61,577 bases of DNA from a virus. Lineage: Duplodnaviria > Caudoviricetes. The notes below the pieces were generated by a model. It saw nothing but the letters and a program-made list of their open reading frames with translations, had not been told where the DNA came from and made no database searches. A program made the position numbers and the translations under genes. Shown piece after piece: positions 56,517-61,577 of the stretch. The DNA is taken from positions 1 through 61,577 of the IMG/VR virus record IMGVR_UViG_3300043256_000467. One strand, written 5' to 3'. Numbering within the stretch: the stretch's first letter is position 1; every line of letters begins with the position of its first letter.

Positions 56517-56559
56517 TGGGCTCCTCCTCTCTTGGCCAACGTTGTTCGAATTGCGCGGG

Positions 56560-56751
56560 CTAGGCGCTCTTGACTACCGTAACCTGAAACTCTGTGCCAT
56601 CGGACATTTCAACCACCAGCCCCGCATCGGTTGTTAGGACGCCCTTAGCTTCAAAGCTAGAGGTGCGTTTGACGCGGCCATACAGCACATCTTCCGTAGG
56701 CAGGTCGTCTAGGATGTCCTCAAGTGCCGCTGCTAGTTCTTCTGCATCCAT
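56560..56751 (-). CDS. Conserved small hypothetical protein
   Basis: SFEAKGVLTTDAGLVVEMSDGTEFQVTVV motif. Confidence 0.65.
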   Translation of the reverse strand: MDAEELAAALEDILDDLPTEDVLYGRVKRTSSFEAKGVLTTDAGLVVEMSDGTEFQVTVVKSA

Positions 56752-56799
56752 ACTGATGACTCCTCTCTTTCCGCCGTGGCGGAATGCTCCCCGTGGGGG

Positions 56800-57078
56800 C
56801 TAGGCGGCACCGTACTCATCATTCACAGCATCCATCAATTCGGACAGCGTAGGCGCTGAGAATGTTCCTCGGTAGGTGTGATACGTGCGGACTTCCTCAT
56901 GGAACTGTCCATCAGCAAACCACACATCACCATGAAAGTCCCAAGCCGAATGTTCTGAGCGTGTTCCGCCTTCACGGAGTCTCTTTCCCATGCCAGCGTC
57001 AATGGAGTGGTCGAAGTTGCTCATGTGCTCGTCTATCTTAGTGAGGCTGTCTGGCATTCTCAGCATTCTCGTTGTCAT
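56800..57078 (-). CDS. Hypothetical protein
   Basis: AGGAGGAG RBS; 92 aa. Confidence 0.6.
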   Translation of the reverse strand: MTTRMLRMPDSLTKIDEHMSNFDHSIDAGMGKRLREGGTRSEHSAWDFHGDVWFADGQFHEEVRTYHTYRGTFSAPTLSELMDAVNDEYGAA

Positions 57079-57162
57079 CTCCTCCTCCTAATAGAACAGG
57101 CCCCTTCGGGCTTAGGGCCGCTTGCGCGGCTCGTCCCAATAGTCGTCTCCCTTGCATTGACC

Positions 57163-57465
57163 TCACAAACTTTTTCCCGTCGTATGATCCCTGGCCGCAG
57201 GACCCCAGCACTGCTTGCAACCAGAGCCACACCAGCAAGTAAGACTCTTCACAGGCATCCCGCACCCGAGGCATCTCTCAAACCCGGCATTGAGCATCAA
57301 GTCATCGTGGATGTAAGTGAGTCCCTCCTCCGTGTCAACGTCGACTCCGCTCATGCTGCTCAGCGGCCCCTCAGAGCCACCACCCGTGAGCATCGCCTTG
57401 ACCTCCTCCGGACTCCGCACCACTCGTTGTTTGTTGGGGTCATTTCCCCCGAATGCGTAGGTCAC
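57163..57465 (-). CDS. Hypothetical Cys-rich protein
   Basis: CLGCG...CWCGSGCKQC; GTGA coupling. Confidence 0.55.
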   Translation of the reverse strand: MTYAFGGNDPNKQRVVRSPEEVKAMLTGGGSEGPLSSMSGVDVDTEEGLTYIHDDLMLNAGFERCLGCGMPVKSLTCWCGSGCKQCWGPAARDHTTGKSL

Positions 57466-57611
57466 GAGCCTCTCCTGTCTGGCGTGCAGGTTGCACAGCC
57501 AACTATCATCGTTCCGACCTTACCCCGGATGGGGTTGAGCTTCCCGACCGGCCGGTGGCAGACCTGGCAGTGCGGGAAGTCCGACCGCGTGAATAGTGAT
57601 AGGATCCTCAT
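57462..57611 (-). CDS. 49-aa Zn-ribbon microprotein
   Basis: HCQVCH...VGCATC; GAGGAG RBS (manual translation). Confidence 0.6.
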   Translation of the reverse strand: MRILSLFTRSDFPHCQVCHRPVGKLNPIRGKVGTMIVGCATCTPDRRGS

Positions 57612-57636
57612 ATCGCTCTCCTCGCCCTGGCTCAAG

Positions 57637-57759
57637 CTACTTGTAGCAGTATCGGCAACCCAAGACGTGGTGCGCCGAACGAACGAGCTCGTTAAGTTTC
57701 ACCGCCTCGCCGCAGTGTGGGCACATCGTCCCGCTAGTCGTCGGCGCCGGCTCGATCAT
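57637..57759 (-). CDS. 40-aa CPxCG Zn-ribbon microprotein
   Basis: MCPHCG...LGCRYC; AGGAG RBS (manual translation). Confidence 0.6.
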   Translation of the reverse strand: MIEPAPTTSGTMCPHCGEAVKLNELVRSAHHVLGCRYCYK

Positions 57760-57867
57760 GTCCAGCTCCTGAGCTCCATTCCTTCTTCTCGACAGTCTGT
57801 CCAGTAGTGTCATCTCTTTCTCCTTTCCTAGTTGCGAAGATTCTTGGGTCGACTCCCGCGCCTCGGC

Positions 57868-58176
57868 TTAGCTCCGCTGTTCGTACGACTTCTTCCACAA
57901 GAAGATCCGCACTTCCGGCTCGTTGTCTGAGTCCTCCAGAAGCAGATTGGTACCGCACTCTGCACACTCCATCCGCTCCCAGTTACGAGTCCCTTCCTTG
58001 TGGGTGTAGCCAATCTCGAAGAACCTTGCGCTCTCACGCATATCCATCCGCCGTGCGGCGACCGCGCTACTGCACCTCGCGCATCGCTTGGTCCGTTTGT
58101 TCCGCTGTGCCTTCTGTGCCTCCTTCGCCTCCTCACCCCGACAATAGACTCTGTACAGGAAATTCCGGTCTGCCAT
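57868..58176 (-). CDS. Zn-ribbon protein
   Basis: CARC...CAECG; AAGGAG RBS before MADRN. Confidence 0.55.
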   Translation of the reverse strand: MADRNFLYRVYCRGEEAKEAQKAQRNKRTKRCARCSSAVAARRMDMRESARFFEIGYTHKEGTRNWERMECAECGTNLLLEDSDNEPEVRIFLWKKSYEQRS

Positions 58177-58195
58177 TTTCGTCTCTCCTTCTTTA

Positions 58196-58435
58196 TCAGG
58201 CCAGTTCACGATAGAAGAACTGGCTGGATATATTCGGGTTAAAGGGCTCGCCGGTGAAGGTACGATCCCACCTAACAGAACAGTCCCGACAACGCGCATC
58301 CCAGAAGAACGAGAGTACCTTGTGGGCAGTAACCCGCTCGTGCTTGTCTATTGCGCTACCCATGCTTGGTCCGCCGATAGGAGCTTCCTTCGTGAAGCCC
58401 ATTGCTTCCACTTGTGCATCCGTCATTCGTGCCAT
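58196..58435 (-). CDS. Hypothetical protein
   Basis: AAGGAG RBS; CRDC motif. Confidence 0.55.
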   Translation of the reverse strand: MARMTDAQVEAMGFTKEAPIGGPSMGSAIDKHERVTAHKVLSFFWDARCRDCSVRWDRTFTGEPFNPNISSQFFYRELA

Positions 58436-58716
58436 TCTCGCCTCTCCTTCTGCATGAGCTTACCGTCATCAGGCCACGACGCTCATCTTCGCGACGAGCG
58501 ACGAAGCTATCTCCTCCTCCACCGCTTTCTGTTCACCTATCCGCTTGGGCTTCTGCCCTGCCGCTCCATGCCCCGCCTGATAAGTTGGCTTCCCGTGTAT
58601 CACCCTTGCCACTGGGTGCCGCCTTGAGGTTTGTGTTACCAGGCCGTTGGGCTGGGGGCTGTGCCGCTTGTTGTGCCTGCGGCCTGCATCTTTTTTACCC
58701 TTCATATATATTATCG

Positions 58717-58728
58717 ATGATTAATCAT
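58717..58728. promoter_or_regulatory. Seventh palindrome copy (ATGATTAATCAT) in an AT-rich promoter without TTGACA
   Basis: Perfect 12-bp palindrome followed on the minus strand by CGA-TAATAT. Confidence 0.7.
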
Positions 58729-58975
58729 GTTTCTGAAGGGGTTTTGGGAGGAGATTTGTAAAAACTTTGAGAAACTTTAGGTATGCTCCTAGGCTGCTAG
58801 GGGTGCCAGAGTGAAGAACTCCCGCCTAAGCCACTTCCACTTGGAAAGGGCGAGGAGGTCTTAGGCACACCACTGCCCGGCTTCCCGGCAACCGTGCCGC
58901 CCGCAGACCCAGAGGGTCGCGCCCTCCGTCTGCAATACTACGACGTAAGCGTGTAGGTTGAGCTTGCAAAACAAT

Positions 58976-59443
58976 CTACCGATCATCGAAGCGCTCCGCT
59001 CGCTCCTGCGCCTCAGCCTCTAGCTGCTGCTGGAGCCTGTCCACGGGCTCGTCCTTGCGGTGCCTCCACAGCGGCCAGGCCACAAGGCCCATGACGCCCA
59101 CCACCAGGAGCAAGTTACCGAAGGCACCGCCCCACCAAATAGTCACGTTGCAACTATTGATCCAGCTACCACCACCGCACGCAGAACAGATGCTAGACAT
59201 GGGCCGAAAGGTCGGTGTGGCGCAGCCCTCGGGGTCAGGGATACAAGTTGCTGGCAGCGGATCAGATAATGATATCGGTGTCGGCTCAGGAGTCGGGTTA
59301 TCACAAGGGGCCTTCCCCTTCGGGCCAATCGGCACCCCCACGCAGTCGTCACCGTCGGCCCCGGCTTGAGGCACCGAGACAACCAGGGTGGAGAACGTCA
59401 GCAGCACAACAAGTACAGCTACGATGGCTAGCAGATGCTTCAT
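58976..59443 (-). CDS. Exported, membrane-anchored Pro/Cys-rich protein
   Basis: Signal peptide (AxA), PTPEPTP linker, C-terminal TM followed by a basic tail. Confidence 0.6.
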   Translation of the reverse strand: MKHLLAIVAVLVVLLTFSTLVVSVPQAGADGDDCVGVPIGPKGKAPCDNPTPEPTPISLSDPLPATCIPDPEGCATPTFRPMSSICSACGGGSWINSCNVTIWWGGAFGNLLLVVGVMGLVAWPLWRHRKDEPVDRLQQQLEAEAQERAERFDDR

Positions 59444-59680
59444 GGTAAACCTCCTCCCATGCGATTTTCAATGAGGAGCAGATCGCGCGTCTCCTCCGAG
59501 ACCACGATGCCGTTGGGGAGGGTGAGGTTGTAGATAACAGGGCGGCCCCATAGGACGTGCCAGAGGACTTTCAGTCTGTTAGGTATTATACGGATCATGC
59601 TGTGTCTCCTTTCTTCGGCCTGCTCCGCAGGCACCGCTTGCAGGTCACCGACCGCCACCTCGAGTATAGACACAAGAGTG

Positions 59681-60436
59681 TCAGGCTAGCATTCGCTGAC
59701 CGTTGCGGATCGACTCGATAGTCGACTTGTGAAGCACTATCTTCACCTCCCCATGGCGCTCCTTCAGCGCCTCGACATCGCTGGCGTCGGTGATCCACGA
59801 CGCGCCCCACGGCCCGATATAGTAGATGCGTTGGCGGTCTAGGTCCCATGCTAAGTAAGGCTGCATCTCAACGTCCTCCCGCTCTATCTGTTCCCATAAG
59901 TTTTGCATCCGTCCGCTAGGGCAGGCTGTAGGATGACCGCCCCACCATAGCACGGCTTCGTTGTGCTCTAGCAGCGTCGTCGCTGGATCACGGTCGAAGT
60001 CTGGCCGGTGCGGTTCCCAGTCGAAATGCATGGCCATCTCATTGATGATCCGCACATTCGACTGCACCTGCGGGTCGGTGAGCGGCTTGCCCTCATCCGG
60101 TGCGCCGGCGGTATACTGCGATTCATTCTCGAAGGAGTTGCCTCGCGTGTTCGCTTCATCATTGCCACTGGCCCAGCAAGAGACGTGGAATGGGTAGTGC
60201 TGGATAACGCAGCCATCTAGCAAGATGGAGCCCGTGACTGAGGCGGCAGCGTTTTTGGTGAACTCCCCGTTGGGGAGCCGGCTCATGTCGAAGAGGCGCG
60301 AGTACCAGCCCACCAGCTTGCCGACCATGCTGTGCGGAATGTAGATTTCCGAGGTACATGGCTGCGTGTACTGCTTCTCGACAGGACCGGGCTCGCGCTC
60401 TGCCCAGGACAGCCAGCCGTCGGGCGTGATGCTCAC
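59681..60436 (-). CDS. N-acetylmuramoyl-L-alanine amidase (Amidase_2), endolysin candidate
   Basis: IPHS, CWASG...AN...SFENE, LTDPQ, LEHNE, TACPS. Confidence 0.8.
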   Translation of the reverse strand: MSITPDGWLSWAEREPGPVEKQYTQPCTSEIYIPHSMVGKLVGWYSRLFDMSRLPNGEFTKNAAASVTGSILLDGCVIQHYPFHVSCWASGNDEANTRGNSFENESQYTAGAPDEGKPLTDPQVQSNVRIINEMAMHFDWEPHRPDFDRDPATTLLEHNEAVLWWGGHPTACPSGRMQNLWEQIEREDVEMQPYLAWDLDRQRIYYIGPWGASWITDASDVEALKERHGEVKIVLHKSTIESIRNGQRMLA

Positions 60437-60460
60437 TAGCCCGGTACCTCAGGGGATATA

Positions 60461-60670
60461 CTACTGCCGCCCATCAGTCCTACGCTTTAGCCCTTGTAGC
60501 TCCTCACAAGCCTTCTTCGAGGGAATCACAGTCCCCCGCTCCCAACGAGAGACGGCCATAATCCCGAATCCAAGCTGCTCCGAGAACGCCTGTTGAGAGA
60601 GTCCCAGACTCTTCCTGAAAGCCTTAATCTCCTCAGGCGACCATGTTCTTTCTACTGCTGCAAGGATCAC
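60461..60670 (-). CDS. XRE/Cro-family helix-turn-helix regulator
   Basis: IKAFRKSLGLSQQAFSEQLGFGIMAVSRWERGTVIPS. Confidence 0.9.
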   Translation of the reverse strand: MILAAVERTWSPEEIKAFRKSLGLSQQAFSEQLGFGIMAVSRWERGTVIPSKKACEELQGLKRRTDGRQ

Positions 60671-61077
60671 TTAGGCACAAGCTCCCAGATCATCTTGCTC
60701 GTCTGCTTGAATAGTACAGGGTTCTCACGGAGATGCCGGCGCACCTCAAACCAGTCGATCTGAGTCTTCCGCCATAGAGCTTGTATCGTAAAGCGCCCCC
60801 CGAGGCGCCTAGCTTCTGCTTCGAGTGCACCGATAAGTGACTCTTCCTCTTGCTCCTCGTGCCGAGGTAGGGGGGCAGCGTGCCTTGGAGTAGTAGCTCG
60901 TACTCGGCAAGAGCCCTCCCCGCGGACTTGCCCCGCGCAGGGGTGACAGATCGGCTCCGCTGGTAGGCCGAGTGTATGGTAGTGCCCAGCAATATCGAGT
61001 TGCCCTCCACACTCAGCGCAGATGTTCGCCCGCTCGTAGCCGTGCCCCTCCAACTTCTTCTCAAGTGCTACTACCAT
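60667..61077 (-). CDS. Zn-finger plus winged-helix-like protein
   Basis: CAECG...ICHPC; C-terminal HTH-like segment; first gene after promoter copy 6. Confidence 0.55.
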   Translation of the reverse strand: MVVALEKKLEGHGYERANICAECGGQLDIAGHYHTLGLPAEPICHPCAGQVRGEGSCRVRATTPRHAAPLPRHEEQEEESLIGALEAEARRLGGRFTIQALWRKTQIDWFEVRRHLRENPVLFKQTSKMIWELVPK

Positions 61078-61111
61078 TGGTCATATCCCTTTCTTGAGCC
61101 CTTCACCCACA

Positions 61112-61141
61112 AGTGTACATGATTGATTAATCAGTTGTCAA
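61112..61141 (-). promoter_or_regulatory. Sigma70 promoter with TGATTAATCA palindrome (copy 6)
   Basis: TTGACA-ACTGATTAATCAATCATG(18)-TACACT. Confidence 0.85.
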
Positions 61142-61297
61142 GTGGGGGCAATCCGAGCTCCCATCCTCGTCGCTCTAAGGCGTCCCGAAACTGAGAGTGC
61201 TGCCCCCGAAGCATTGTCTCGAGGAGGCACTCGGAACAGATCACCGCCTCTCCAAGATGAAGGCACTGAACGGGTTTACGGGCCTAGCGCCATGAAT

Positions 61298-61337
61298 AAC
61301 CCCTGTAGGTTACAATGGGTTGTAGCCTACAGGGGTT
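61298..61337. repeat. 18-bp inverted repeat with one mismatch and a 4-nt loop
   Basis: AACCCCTGTAGGTTACAA-TGGG-TTGTAGCCTACAGGGGTT. Confidence 0.85.
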
Positions 61338-61577
61338 TTAGGTGCACATCGTCTACCCCTTGCGCACATCTAACTCCTACCTTCACGTCAAGGTATGAAA
61401 TAGCCCCCAACTTCACCACGTTTACCCCTTCAGAACCCCTCAGATGTGCCGATACTGAAGCTAGAAGGATAGGAACATGAATCAAGTCCCCATTATGTGC
61501 AATGACTTATCATGCCGTGACTGTGAATATAGGCGACGAGCCTACCTGACGAAAGCCGCTATCCACCACTACGCGGG

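Noticed and set aside
3318-61142. Repeated 19-bp TGATTAATCAGTTGTCAAG as CRISPR repeats, att sites or IS ends
   Set aside because: Copies are kilobases apart, all in one orientation and coincide with -35/-10 promoter geometry; no cas, integrase or transposase seen.
1-61577. Stop-codon reassignment (alternative genetic code)
   Set aside because: Long genes translate uninterrupted in the standard code, and TAG, TGA and TAA all serve as stops at coupled gene junctions.

Overview
This ~61.6 kb, GC-rich window is most of the genome of a tailed dsDNA phage with siphovirus-like tail genes. Essentially every credible gene lies on the minus strand, and the long plus-strand ORFs look like shadows. Reading in transcription order (right to left): a possible origin-like non-coding end; an XRE-HTH regulator and an amidase endolysin; about 15 kb of small accessory genes (many Cys-rich microproteins, a stand-alone ADP-ribosyltransferase-like protein, two MazG-like proteins, an SLT-like protein, two DNA methyltransferases); a terminase module split up by accessory genes; a portal-MuF-ADP-ribosyltransferase fusion; a ChaB/protease/scaffold protein; the major capsid protein; a ~10 kb glycan-synthesis cluster inside the head module (PseB/CapD-type dehydratase, six glycosyltransferase domains, two methyltransferases, a kinase-methyltransferase fusion); neck and tail genes; and a replication module (queC relic, HerA-like ATPase, beta-clamp-like protein, SNF2 helicase, DUF932, and a family-4 UDG-PolA fusion running off the left edge). 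A TGATTAATCA palindrome sits inside six near-identical sigma70 promoters, plus one isolated copy, and defines a likely phage regulon. The best candidates for a new system are the capsid-linked glycan operon (possible virion glycosylation with a WbdD-like capping enzyme) and the portal-tethered ART with a 34-aa putative immunity peptide. No integrase, CRISPR array, rRNA or canonical tRNA was seen. All calls come from reading motifs by eye; no database search was run and the host cannot be determined from this alone.
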